Source: Synergistaceae bacterium (GTDB lineage: Bacteria; Synergistota; Synergistia; Synergistales; Synergistaceae). From it: a stretch of 64,000 nt of DNA. A program made the position numbers and the translations under genes. Shown here piece after piece: positions 1 through 9,488 of this stretch; within the stretch, counting starts at the first letter, position 1; each line of letters begins with the position of its first letter. The notes below the pieces were generated by a model, which had not been told where the DNA came from, did not search any database, and was given only the letters and a program-made list of their open reading frames with translations. The DNA is taken from positions 43,323-107,322 of the forward strand of contig JAUNHV010000005.1 of the NCBI GenBank assembly GCA_030523725.1, written 5' to 3'.

Positions 1-156
1 CTTGATTTATGGTTAGGAAAGGATATCCGTGGCAAGATTATTAAGATGTACTCAGAACCCAAATTTTTGGAATTTGCAGATAGAGGAATTAAAGTTGTGA
101 ATCGCTTTAAAGAACTAAACGCATTTTCAAGGGAGTATTTTGCAAATGAAGAGTGA
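1..156 (+). CDS. C-terminal fragment of an unidentified ORF running in from the left edge
   Basis: Frame 1 is open from base 1 to TGA at 154-156 (...KELNAFSREYFANEE*). It overlaps the ATG at 146 of the next gene by 11 nt, which is operon-style coupling. Only 51 residues are visible and I recognise no motif. Confidence 0.3.
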   Translation, partial: LDLWLGKDIRGKIIKMYSEPKFLEFADRGIKVVNRFKELNAFSREYFANEE

Positions 157-913
157 TGAATTTCAAGACTATCTTCAAAAAGATTTAGCTTGGAGGAAGA
201 TGGAAATATCGCAGCTCTTCAGGATACTGCAATTTTCCGAATCAAAAGAAATTGTTGCTAAATCAATAATTTTACTGCTTTATGCTCATTGGGAAGGTTT
301 TATCAAGAAAAGCAGTAAATGCTACATAAAATACATAAGTGACAAAAATATTAGATTAAGCGATCTGACGGAGAATTTTGAGGCAATAATGTTGAAAAAA
401 TATGCTATTGAATGCATTGAAAATGACAGTACAAACCTTGCAAAAGAGTTTGTTTTTCTGAATGCACAAAAGAAAAAAGCAAACAGCCCCTTTAGCATAA
501 AAATAGATCTTGATAATGAATTCGATGATAAAGTTATAGATACTCATCACAATCTATCATCAAAGGTGCTGGAAAACATTATCCAGATCGTTGGAATTGA
601 GCATAATGAAGCCATGCAAACGAGGAAGCAGTATTTAGATTCCAATCTTGTGAATAGTCGAAATACTATTGGTCACGGTAGTGTATTAAAAAATGAAGAA
701 GGTAATGCTTCACTGATTGAATACGCATGTGTGGTCAAGCTAAAGGATTTTGTTCTATCAATGTTAGACTATTATTCGGATGTGCTAATTAATTACGTTG
801 AAGATGAGCTATACCTTGTAGCAAACATAGAAAAAAGAAATCAATTTGAGGCTAAGCAATCTGAAAAGCTTTCGCGAAAATTGAAAGACATTGAATCAAG
901 AGATATTTTATGA
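146..913 (+). CDS. HEPN-domain protein (Abi-like putative RNase) linked to the R-M genes
   Basis: The track ORF 140..913 starts on TTG. An ATG at 146 lies 10 nt after AGGGAG. The protein is helical and carries an R-x4-H HEPN signature (SRNTIGHG; R codon 659-661, H codon 674-676). It resembles the HEPN-like nucleases seen next to R-M systems. That family assignment is from memory, not a search. Confidence 0.55.
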   Translation: MKSDEFQDYLQKDLAWRKMEISQLFRILQFSESKEIVAKSIILLLYAHWEGFIKKSSKCYIKYISDKNIRLSDLTENFEAIMLKKYAIECIENDSTNLAKEFVFLNAQKKKANSPFSIKIDLDNEFDDKVIDTHHNLSSKVLENIIQIVGIEHNEAMQTRKQYLDSNLVNSRNTIGHGSVLKNEEGNASLIEYACVVKLKDFVLSMLDYYSDVLINYVEDELYLVANIEKRNQFEAKQSEKLSRKLKDIESRDIL

Positions 914-929
914 TTGGTGGGTTAGGTTT

Positions 930-2339
930 ATGCAGAAACGTTGCCAAATTCCTACTCCGATTGAATATGTAAGAATAATGCTAGATGCCGCCGGATACGT
1001 TTCCGATTTATTTGGGAAGAGAATTCTCGAAAATTCATGCGGTGAGGGCAACATTCTATGTGAAATAGTCAGGAGATATATAAGTGATTGCAGATCGTCA
1101 GGTCTCAGTGGTTTTGAAATCTGCAAAGGACTTGCTCACGATATTGTAGGATACGAAATAGATGCACAATCTGTAGAAGTGTGCACACAAAGACTAAATC
1201 AATTACTTAAGGCAGAGGGAATTCCAGCGGTGTCATGGAATATTTGTCAAAGGGATTATTTGAAATCTGAGAGCAACGGATTTCATTTCATTGTTGGAAA
1301 TCCGCCTTATGTTACATATCATGATTTGGATGTTGAGACGAGGGAGTTCTTGAGGAACAATTTTGAATCATGTAAAAATGGAAGGTTTGATTATTTCTAT
1401 GCATTCACCGAAAAAAGTTATGCTACATTAGAAGAAAATGGAATCATGGTATACCTAATTCCGTTTAGCTTATTTAGAAACAAGTTTGCCATTAGTTTGC
1501 GAGAAATACTACGGAACGATCTTATTTCTGTAGTAGATTGTTCGGAAACAGCTGTATTCAGCGGAGTAACAACATCTGTTGCAATAATCAAAGTCATAAA
1601 AGGCAGCGATGCGAAAAAGGTGCGGTATTTCTGCCAGATTTCCGGTGAGCAATATTTTTTTGATAAGAATTCGCTATCTGAAAAATGGTTTTTTGCACAA
1701 GATAAAGACGGTAAAAGATTCGGAGACTATTTTCAGATTAAAAACAGCGTTGCAACCCTTTGTAACAAAGCTTTTTTGATTACTGAATATGAAGAAGCCG
1801 ATGATTATATTATATTAGGAAACTACAAAATTGAGAAGAAATTAGTAAGAACGGCAGTAAGTACAAAATCGTGTAAAAAGCAGAAGCCTACGCTTATTAT
1901 CTTCCCATATAGATTAGGAAATAGCAGGTATGAACATTTTTCCGAGGCGGAGTTTCAGCAGATATATCCGGAGGCTTCAAAATATATGAAATCATTTGCC
2001 GATGATTTGTCTAAACGTAAAGTAAGCGAAGGAGTGCTGTGGTTCGAATATGGGAGAACACAGGCGATTAACGATGTTGATGGTGAAAAACTAATTATTC
2101 CAATGGTGATAACTACAAAAGTGACTGCATATCGGGCTAATGATAAATCGGTACCTTATGCCGGGTATTTTATTAAAGCAAAAACTCCGGATCAATACAA
2201 TCTGGATTTTGCAAAAACGATATTAGAAAGCCCAGAGTTTTTCGATTATGTAAAAACTCACGGAACACCTACAACAGGTTCATCTTATAGAATTCCTGTA
2301 GAAGAAATAGCGAACTTTACATTTGGAGGAAAACAGTAA
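930..2339 (+). CDS. N6-adenine DNA methyltransferase, gamma-class (M.TaqI/Eco57I-like), no nuclease domain
   Basis: The track ORF 891..2339 starts on TTG. The first ATG is at 930. Motif I-like is ILENSCGEGNIL and motif IV is FIVGNPPYVTY (NPPY). A ~250-aa C-terminal region is consistent with a target-recognition domain. The TAA stop overlaps the ATG of mod (TAATG at 2337-2341). Confidence 0.8.
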   Translation: MQKRCQIPTPIEYVRIMLDAAGYVSDLFGKRILENSCGEGNILCEIVRRYISDCRSSGLSGFEICKGLAHDIVGYEIDAQSVEVCTQRLNQLLKAEGIPAVSWNICQRDYLKSESNGFHFIVGNPPYVTYHDLDVETREFLRNNFESCKNGRFDYFYAFTEKSYATLEENGIMVYLIPFSLFRNKFAISLREILRNDLISVVDCSETAVFSGVTTSVAIIKVIKGSDAKKVRYFCQISGEQYFFDKNSLSEKWFFAQDKDGKRFGDYFQIKNSVATLCNKAFLITEYEEADDYIILGNYKIEKKLVRTAVSTKSCKKQKPTLIIFPYRLGNSRYEHFSEAEFQQIYPEASKYMKSFADDLSKRKVSEGVLWFEYGRTQAINDVDGEKLIIPMVITTKVTAYRANDKSVPYAGYFIKAKTPDQYNLDFAKTILESPEFFDYVKTHGTPTTGSSYRIPVEEIANFTFGGKQ

Positions 2340-4195
2340 TGGATAAAATGAGAATGGAGTCAATTGATATGACAGCACAGAATATTGAGCGGATTGGGGA
2401 ACTGTTTCCAAATTGTATTACGGAGACAAGGGATGAAAACGGCAAGTTGAAGAAGGCTATTAACTTTGAGATGCTAAGGCAAATGCTTTCAAGTGATATT
2501 GCTGACGGCGATGAAGCCTATGAATTTACATGGGTGGGCAAGAAAGCGTCTATTGTTGAAGCAAACAAGCCGATCCGTAAAACCTTGCGTCCTTGTCCTG
2601 AAGAAAGTGTTGACTGGGACAAGACTGAAAACCTGTATATCGAAGGGGATAACCTTGAAGTGTTGAAGCTTTTACAGGAAAGTTATCTTGGTTCGGTGAA
2701 GATGATTTATATTGACCCACCATATAACACGGGAAATGACTTCATTTACAATGATGACTTTAAGGTGGAGAGTGAAGAGTGGAATGTGGAGAGTGGAGTT
2801 GTTGACGAAGACGGGAACCGTATGTTCAGAAATACAGATAGCAATGGGCGTTTTCATTCTGACTGGTGCAGTATGATTTATTCTCGACTTATGTTGGCAA
2901 GGAATTTGCTTTCTGACGATGGGGTTATTTTTATTAGTATTGATGATAACGAGCAAGCAACATTAAAAGCAGAATGTGATGAAATTTTTGGTAGCGACAA
3001 TTTTATATTACAAATCGCTTGGAGACGAACGGATAATCAACCCAACATAGGTACGTGTGCTAGAGTTAAAGAATATATATTGCTGTATGCAAAAAATAAA
3101 AGCCGGCTTTTATTGGGGCGTTTGCCACTGTCAGAATCAGCTAAAGCAGAATATAGATATGAAGATGCAAAAGGATTGTTCCGAAGGGGAATCCTTTTGC
3201 ATAAAACTCGTGGTCGCAAGTTTTATCCAAAAACAACAAAATTGGGAAATACACTAAACGGACCTTGGATGGTTACAGAAGAAGAGTTTGACAGATTAGA
3301 TGCAAATGGTGAGATTTATTGGACAACTAGTGGTGATGGTCAGCCTTACAGTAAGATATACTTGAGTAACAGTAAGGGGGCTATTCCAAATGATTTTTGG
3401 GGAATAGAATACGGCACTAATCAAAGAGCAAGTCTTGAGGTCGAAAAACTGTTTAATAAGAGATATTTTGATTTTCCAAAAGCTGTTTCGCTTATTAAGA
3501 CTCTAACAGTATTAGGTACACCAAACAAAGATACAATCATTCTTGATTTCTTCTCCGGTTCTGCCACAACTGCCCATGCGGTTATGCAACTTAATGCTGA
3601 AGATGGTGGAAACAGAAAATTTATTATGGTTCAGTTGCCAGAAAAATGCGATGAAAAAAGTGAGGCATATAAAGCAGGCTATAAAAATATTTGTGAAATT
3701 GGCAAGGAACGTATCAGAAGAGCAGGAGCAAAGATAAAAGAAGAGATGAAGCAAAACTCCACTCTTCACTCTCCAAACTCCACGCTCGACACGGGTTTCC
3801 GTGTCTTCAAGCTAGACGACAGCAACATGAATGATGTCTATTATTCGCCTGATGAATATAATCAAGGAAAACTAAAGGATTTGGAATCTAACATAAAGTC
3901 TGACCGCACAGACCTTGACCTTCTGTTTGGTTGCCTGCTTGACTGGGGCTTGCCACTGTCAATGCCATATACTTCCGAAAAAATTGATGGATTTACCGTT
4001 CACACCTACAATGACGGTGACCTTATCGCTTGTTTTGATGAAAATGTGCCAGAATCTGTCATAAAAGAAATTGCAAAACGCAAACCTCTCCGTGCCGTGT
4101 TTCGTGATAGTAGCTTTGAAAATAGCCCTGCAAAAATCAATGTTGAAGAAATCTTCAAATTACTTGCGCCGGACACAAGAGTCAAAGTTATTTGA
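2339..4195 (+). CDS. mod: Type III restriction-modification methyltransferase (Mod)
   Basis: Motif IV is IYIDPPYNTGNDFIYNDDF and the AdoMet motif is LDFFSGSATTAHAV, in the beta-class order (IV before I) typical of type III Mod. It lies directly upstream of a type III Res helicase-nuclease. Confidence 0.85.
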   Translation: MDKMRMESIDMTAQNIERIGELFPNCITETRDENGKLKKAINFEMLRQMLSSDIADGDEAYEFTWVGKKASIVEANKPIRKTLRPCPEESVDWDKTENLYIEGDNLEVLKLLQESYLGSVKMIYIDPPYNTGNDFIYNDDFKVESEEWNVESGVVDEDGNRMFRNTDSNGRFHSDWCSMIYSRLMLARNLLSDDGVIFISIDDNEQATLKAECDEIFGSDNFILQIAWRRTDNQPNIGTCARVKEYILLYAKNKSRLLLGRLPLSESAKAEYRYEDAKGLFRRGILLHKTRGRKFYPKTTKLGNTLNGPWMVTEEEFDRLDANGEIYWTTSGDGQPYSKIYLSNSKGAIPNDFWGIEYGTNQRASLEVEKLFNKRYFDFPKAVSLIKTLTVLGTPNKDTIILDFFSGSATTAHAVMQLNAEDGGNRKFIMVQLPEKCDEKSEAYKAGYKNICEIGKERIRRAGAKIKEEMKQNSTLHSPNSTLDTGFRVFKLDDSNMNDVYYSPDEYNQGKLKDLESNIKSDRTDLDLLFGCLLDWGLPLSMPYTSEKIDGFTVHTYNDGDLIACFDENVPESVIKEIAKRKPLRAVFRDSSFENSPAKINVEEIFKLLAPDTRVKVI

Positions 4196-4386
4196 GTTTG
4201 GAGTGTGAAGTGTGAAATGTGGAGTTGAAAGAGTGTGAAGTGTTAAGTGTGGAGTTTGGAGTTAGATGAGTGCCTAGTGTGCAACGACCAAATTGGTCAG
4301 ACACTATCTGACTTATTGAATATGGAGCTAAAAGAGTGTGGAGTGTAGAGTGTGAAGAGTGGAGTTGAAAGAGTGTGAAGTGTGTA
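4194..4386. repeat. G/T-rich imperfect repeat nest (GAGTGTGAAG / GGAGTT units) between mod and the four-helix-bundle gene
   Basis: There are two blocks, at 4194-4262 and 4331-4386. They include a perfect 23-nt direct repeat GGAGTTGAAAGAGTGTGAAGTGT at 4221-4243 and 4361-4383. Complementary C/A-rich copies lie at 3753-3783 and 4761-4796. Confidence 0.75.
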
Positions 4387-4419
4387 GTTAAATTAGGGTG
4401 AAACGGGGAGAGTTGAATT

Positions 4420-4818
4420 ATGGAACAGGAAAAGACTGTGAAATCCAAGAGCAAAAAGTTTGCCGTAAGGATTGTTAATCTTTATAAATTTCTATGCAAC
4501 GAAAAAAAAGAGTATGTTCTCTCCAAACAATTATTGCGGAGTGGAACAAGCATAGGTGCAAATATTGCAGAAAGTGAAACTGCTATCAGTAAAAAAGATT
4601 TTCTTGCCAAGCTATATATTGCATTAAAAGAAACAAATGAAAGCTTGTATTGGCTTGACTTATTGCATGACACAGAATATTTAACAAAACAGGAATATGA
4701 TTCCTTATATTTTGATTGTGAAGAGCTGCGAAAGATGCTGTCATCCTCAACTATGACGATAAACTCCACTCTCCACTCTTCAAACTCCAAACTCACGAAG
4801 GGAGGCGAAGCCGAGTGA
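4420..4818 (+). CDS. Four-helix-bundle protein (23S rRNA intervening-sequence protein family)
   Basis: The family-typical core is LLRSGTSIGANIAESETAISKKDFLAKLYIALKETNESLYWLDLL. The ATG at 4420 is preceded by GGGGAGAG. The TGA stop overlaps the GTG start of res (GTGA at 4815-4818). Confidence 0.8.
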   Translation: MEQEKTVKSKSKKFAVRIVNLYKFLCNEKKEYVLSKQLLRSGTSIGANIAESETAISKKDFLAKLYIALKETNESLYWLDLLHDTEYLTKQEYDSLYFDCEELRKMLSSSTMTINSTLHSSNSKLTKGGEAE

Positions 4819-7800
4819 AGTTACAATTTCGACATCAAAAATTTCAGGCTGATGCTGCAAAAGCTGTTGTGGACGTTTTTGCAGGACAGCCATATTCACA
4901 ATCTTCATACAGAATAGATAAGGGGCGTTTAGAGGCTCAAAGCGACCTAGGCTACCAAGAGGATTATATCGGTTGTAACAATGCAAAAATTGTGTCGGAG
5001 CTTTCTGATGGGATAATTTTAGAACACATAAACAAGATACAAAGGGCTAACCAAATAGAACCGTCACAAGCACTTGAGGGCAGATATAATCTGACGATAG
5101 AGATGGAAACAGGCGTAGGTAAAACCTATACTTATATCAAGACAATGTATGAGCTGAATAAACATTACGGATGGAGCAAATTTATTGTTGTTGTTCCAAG
5201 CATTGCTATTCGTGAAGGAGTCTATAAATCTTTTCAGATAACACAGGAGCATTTTGCAGAGGAATATGGAAAGAAAATCCGTTTCTTCATATACAATTCT
5301 GCACAATTAACAGAAATAGACCGTTTTGCTTCTGATAGCGCCATCAACGTTATGATTATCAACAGCCAAGCCTTTAACGCAAGAGGTGCGGATGCTAGGC
5401 GTATCAAGATGAAGCTGGACGAATTCCGCAGCCGCAGACCGATTGACATTATTGCGAAGACAAACCCCATCTTGATAATAGATGAGCCACAATCTGTGGA
5501 GGGAAAGCAGACGAAAGAAAATTTGAAGGAATTTCATCCGCTTTTCACACTGCGTTATTCTGCAACCCACAAGGCAGATAGCATCTATAATATGATTTAT
5601 CGTCTTGATGCACTGGAAGCATATAACAAGCATTTGGTTAAAAAAATTGCGGTAAAGGGTATTTCAGAAAGTGGCAGCACTGCCACAGATAGCTTTGTAT
5701 ATCTTCAAAGCATAAATCTTTCAAAAGATGCTCCAACTGCCACAATTCAATTTGACTGCAAAATGAAAAATGGGACAAAAGTTGTAACAAGAATTGTCGG
5801 TGAAGGATACAATCTCTATGACAATTCTGGCGAGTTGGAAGAATACCGGAAAGGCTTTGTCGTTTCCAGGATTGACGGACGTGATGACTCCATAGAATTT
5901 ATCAATGGTCTCAAAATTTATGCTGGCGATATGGTTGGAAAAGTCAGCGAGGAACAATTACGCCGTATTCAAATTCGCGAAACAATTCTTTCTCATATTG
6001 ACCGTGAACAACAATTATTCTACAAGGGAATAAAAGTGCTGTCGCTTTTCTTTATTGACGAAGTGGCACATTACAAGGTGTATGATGCTACTGGACAAGC
6101 ACAAAATGGCATTTTTGCACAGATTTTTGAGGAAGAATACAAGGACATTTTGGATAATCTGCAACACACACTTGGCGACAAAACTTATATGGAATATCTG
6201 AATGCCATAAATGCCTCTGCAACTCACGCTGGCTATTTTTCCATAGACAAAAAAGGACACATGACAAATAGCAAGGTGAACAATAGGACGGAAAAGACCT
6301 CAGATGACATCAGTGCCTATGATCTGATTATGAAAGACAAAGAATTGCTTTTGGACAGAGATCCCAAAAAAAGCCCAGTGCGTTTCATTTTTTCGCACTC
6401 AGCTTTGAGAGAGGGTTGGGATAATCCAAATGTATTTCAAATTTGCACACTAAAACAATCCTCTAGCGAAGTAAGAAAACGTCAAGAAGTTGGACGAGGC
6501 TTGAGGCTTTGCGTTAATCAAGACGGTGAACGAATGGACGCAAATGTTCTTGGAAACAGTGTGCACGATGTCAATGTCTTGACCGTTATTGCAAGCGAAA
6601 GCTATGACAGTTTTGCAAAGGGACTCCAAGCTGAAATTGCGGAAGCTGTCGCAGACCGCCCAAGAGCAGTAACGGCTGAACTCTTCAAAGGAAAAGTTGT
6701 CAAGGACAGTGCAGGGAATGAAATTCCTATAGATGAGGATATAGCCGATGCTATCATTTATGAGCTTACAATGAATGGTTACATTGACAAGAAACATAAT
6801 CTAACAGATAAATACTATGAAGACAAACAAAATAATACTCTTGAATTTGCTGAAGAAGTAAAAGATTGTGCCTCTGATGTAATTACCATTCTTGAGTCTG
6901 TTTACAATCCTGCTTCAATGGCTCCGGAAAACGCAAGGAGCAATAATGTTGAGTTACGAGTCAGTCCGGACAAGCTTGCTATGGCAGAATTCAAAGCCCT
7001 GTGGTCAAAAATCAATTCAAAATCTGTTTATGTGGTGGACTTTGATACAGAAGAGCTTATTAGAAACTCCATCAATGCGTTAAACACAAAACTTCATGTA
7101 TCAAAGATATATTTCACAGTAGAAACAGGGCAGATGAACGATATAAAATCAAAAGAAGACTTGCAGGCAGGACTTTCCATGGAGCAAGCTCCGACTACAC
7201 ACCGTTACGATAGTCATATTGCATCTGCCAATAAATCTGTGAAATACGATCTCATTGGAAAATTGGTAGAAGAAACAAATCTCACTCGCAAAGACATAAT
7301 AGCGATACTCACAGGAATTGAAAAGGTTATATTTGATCAGTTCAAGGATAATCCGGAAGAATTTATTATCAAGGCGGCATCCTTAATCAATGAAGAAAAA
7401 GCGAATGTCGTCATTGAGCACATTACATACAACGTGCTTGATGAAAAGTATGATACAGATGTATTCACCGACCCAACAATTAAGGGGCGGTTAGATAAAA
7501 ATGCAATGAAGACAAATAAACATTTGTATGATCACGTTGTTTATGATTCAGACAACGAGATGAAATTTGCAAAAGATTTGGAGGATAACACAGAGGTTGC
7601 TGTATATGTGAAATTGCCAAGAGGTTTCTATATCTCCACTCCCGTTGGGCACTATAACCCAGACTGGGCAATAGCTTTCTATGAAGGGAGCGTTAAGCAT
7701 ATTTATTTCGTTGCAGAAACAAAAGGCTCTATACAATCTTTAGAACTTAGATTGATTGAAAAGGCAAAAATTCACTGTGCAAAGGAACATTTCAAAGCAA

Positions 7801-7868
7801 TCAGCAACGGCAATGTAGTTTACAGTGTTGTTACAAATTATAGCGAACTGCTGAATTTGGTGAAGTAA
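4815..7868 (+). CDS. res: Type III restriction enzyme Res subunit (SF2 helicase + PD-(D/E)xK nuclease)
   Basis: The N-terminus is MKLQFRHQKFQADAAKAV. Helicase motif I is METGVGKTYTY, motif II is IIDEPQS and motif VI is RQEVGRGLRL. The C-terminal nuclease motif is YNPDWAIAF...FVAETKG. Confidence 0.9.
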   Translation: MKLQFRHQKFQADAAKAVVDVFAGQPYSQSSYRIDKGRLEAQSDLGYQEDYIGCNNAKIVSELSDGIILEHINKIQRANQIEPSQALEGRYNLTIEMETGVGKTYTYIKTMYELNKHYGWSKFIVVVPSIAIREGVYKSFQITQEHFAEEYGKKIRFFIYNSAQLTEIDRFASDSAINVMIINSQAFNARGADARRIKMKLDEFRSRRPIDIIAKTNPILIIDEPQSVEGKQTKENLKEFHPLFTLRYSATHKADSIYNMIYRLDALEAYNKHLVKKIAVKGISESGSTATDSFVYLQSINLSKDAPTATIQFDCKMKNGTKVVTRIVGEGYNLYDNSGELEEYRKGFVVSRIDGRDDSIEFINGLKIYAGDMVGKVSEEQLRRIQIRETILSHIDREQQLFYKGIKVLSLFFIDEVAHYKVYDATGQAQNGIFAQIFEEEYKDILDNLQHTLGDKTYMEYLNAINASATHAGYFSIDKKGHMTNSKVNNRTEKTSDDISAYDLIMKDKELLLDRDPKKSPVRFIFSHSALREGWDNPNVFQICTLKQSSSEVRKRQEVGRGLRLCVNQDGERMDANVLGNSVHDVNVLTVIASESYDSFAKGLQAEIAEAVADRPRAVTAELFKGKVVKDSAGNEIPIDEDIADAIIYELTMNGYIDKKHNLTDKYYEDKQNNTLEFAEEVKDCASDVITILESVYNPASMAPENARSNNVELRVSPDKLAMAEFKALWSKINSKSVYVVDFDTEELIRNSINALNTKLHVSKIYFTVETGQMNDIKSKEDLQAGLSMEQAPTTHRYDSHIASANKSVKYDLIGKLVEETNLTRKDIIAILTGIEKVIFDQFKDNPEEFIIKAASLINEEKANVVIEHITYNVLDEKYDTDVFTDPTIKGRLDKNAMKTNKHLYDHVVYDSDNEMKFAKDLEDNTEVAVYVKLPRGFYISTPVGHYNPDWAIAFYEGSVKHIYFVAETKGSIQSLELRLIEKAKIHCAKEHFKAISNGNVVYSVVTNYSELLNLVK

Positions 7869-7972
7869 AAATTACTGTTGCTTTATTCCCAAAATATGTG
7901 TAATTTATGAACGTTATTTGTTAACTTCACAAAAACAATGCTTTTTGTGAAACAAAAATTGCCTAAAAAACA

Positions 7973-8010
7973 CAGAGGAGAGAATCAACTTTTGTTGATT
8001 CTCTCCTCTG
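7973..8010. terminator. 17-bp-stem hairpin downstream of res (copy 1 of a duplicated hairpin)
   Basis: CAGAGGAGAGAATCAAC-tttt-GTTGATTCTCTCCTCTG. The T-tract is better on the minus-strand side (TGTTTTTT) than on the plus side. A near-identical hairpin occurs at 9699-9730. Confidence 0.5.
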
Positions 8011-8142
8011 TATCTATGAAATTTTCTCAAAACTTAACAAAATTTCTGTCGATATTTAGATTATTGTGAAAGGAAGGGAAATAGTTCTTTATGAAAAATC
8101 AGATTTGAGAAAAGTAATGAAATAGCTTTTTAGATTGTGCAT

Positions 8143-8173
8143 TTGACAACTAAAATCAAAATTATGCTATAAT
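8143..8173 (+). promoter_or_regulatory. Putative sigma-70 promoter for rhuM
   Basis: TTGACA (8143-8148), a 19-nt spacer, then TGcTATAAT with extended -10 (TATAAT at 8168-8173). The spacer is longer than optimal. Confidence 0.4.
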
Positions 8174-8297
8174 GCAAAGATAGTGTCTTGCTATGACGAT
8201 TAAAGTTAGGACAAACATCAAATGCAACAAATCTGAGCTGGTTGAAGTGAAAGCACAATTAAACAAGTATCTTGAAGAGTTGGGGTTAGGAGAATAG

Positions 8298-9350
8298 ATG
8301 AAAGACAAACACAACAAACAAGAAGAAAAAATGCCAAGGGTAAGAAGCTCTGCCGCTGAATATTTAACATATGTATCAGCTGTCGGAGAAAACGCAAACA
8401 GCATTGAAATGCGGTATGAGAATGAGAATATTTGGCTGACACAAAAGATGATGGCAACATTGTATGATGTGACTGTTGCCACTATCAATCAGCATATCAA
8501 AAAGATTTTTGAGGATAACGAATTGCAAAAAGAATCAGTTATTAAGAATTTCTTAATAACTGCGAGTGATAGTAAAAACTATAATGCATTACATTACAAT
8601 TTGCAGATGACTATTGCTGTTGGCTTCAAGATTAACAACGAGCGTGCAGTCCAATTTCGAAAATGGGCAAATCAGATTGTAAAAGATTACACCATTCAAG
8701 GCTGGGTAATGGATAAAGAACGCTTGAAAAAAGGGCATCTTTTTACAGATGAGTATTTTGAACGACAACTGCAATACATTAGAGAGATTCGCCTGTCAGA
8801 GCGCAAATTCTATCAAAAAATTACGGATATCTATGCAACCGCCTTTGACTATGACAAAAATTCCAAAACAACACAGCAATTCTATAAAATGGTGCAGAAC
8901 AAAATGCACTGGGCAGTCCATAGACACACTGCGGCTGAGCTTATAGTTGAAAGAGCAGACGCGACAAAAGAGCACATGGGCTTAACAACTTGGGAAGCAA
9001 CGCCAGATGGAAAAATTATCAAGGCAGATGTAACCATTGCAAAAAACTATTTAAGTGACACGGAAATGCGTTACCTTGAGCGTATCGTTTCGCTATACCT
9101 TGACTATGCCGAATTGCAAGCGGAAAGAAAAATCCCAATGTCTATGGAAGATTGGGCAAAAAGACTTGACGGTTTTTTGGAATTTAACGGAAATGAAATT
9201 TTAACCGATGCTGGGAAAATTTCACACGAACAGGCCAAGCTCCACGCAGAAACAGAATTTGAAAAATACAGAATAATTCAAGACAGAATTTATATTAGTG
9301 ATTTTGATAGACAAATGATGGAAATTGAGCAGATTAAATCCCAAAAATAA
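8298..9350 (+). CDS. rhuM: RhuM-family protein
   Basis: Family-typical segments are IWLTQKMMATLYDVTVATINQHIKKIFEDNEL and IAVGFKINNERAVQFRKWANQIVKDYTIQGWVMD. The ATG is preceded by AGGAG. Confidence 0.8.
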   Translation: MKDKHNKQEEKMPRVRSSAAEYLTYVSAVGENANSIEMRYENENIWLTQKMMATLYDVTVATINQHIKKIFEDNELQKESVIKNFLITASDSKNYNALHYNLQMTIAVGFKINNERAVQFRKWANQIVKDYTIQGWVMDKERLKKGHLFTDEYFERQLQYIREIRLSERKFYQKITDIYATAFDYDKNSKTTQQFYKMVQNKMHWAVHRHTAAELIVERADATKEHMGLTTWEATPDGKIIKADVTIAKNYLSDTEMRYLERIVSLYLDYAELQAERKIPMSMEDWAKRLDGFLEFNGNEILTDAGKISHEQAKLHAETEFEKYRIIQDRIYISDFDRQMMEIEQIKSQK

Positions 9351-9488
9351 CGTTTATTTATAGGACTTATTATGAAATACCTACAATTGCATTGGTATCT
9401 GAGATGAAATTGACGGAATAGGCATACTTACCAAATCAGGTAGATATGAGGCGGAATTTTTGGTTCTCATGATATTTGAAAAATATAT

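Noticed and set aside
1655-1662. A T8 homopolymer inside the first methyltransferase gene, considered as a phase-variation tract. Type III mod genes often phase-vary.
   Set aside because: Eight T in an AT-rich genome is too short to call. No longer simple-sequence repeat occurs in mod or res.
4188-4454. The minus-strand 88-aa ORF (…HSSHSTLHTLL…NSTLNTSHSFNSTFHTSHSKLK) across the mod/four-helix-bundle spacer.
   Set aside because: Its low-complexity sequence is just the reverse reading of the GAGTGTGAAG repeats. It has no RBS and it overlaps the mod stop and the four-helix-bundle start.
8193-8297. A 34-codon ORF (MTIKVRTNIKCNKSELVEVKAQLNKYLEELGLGE*) whose stop abuts the rhuM ATG.
   Set aside because: It has no Shine-Dalgarno sequence and no recognisable motif. 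It may be a real coupled upstream ORF, but sequence alone does not support it.
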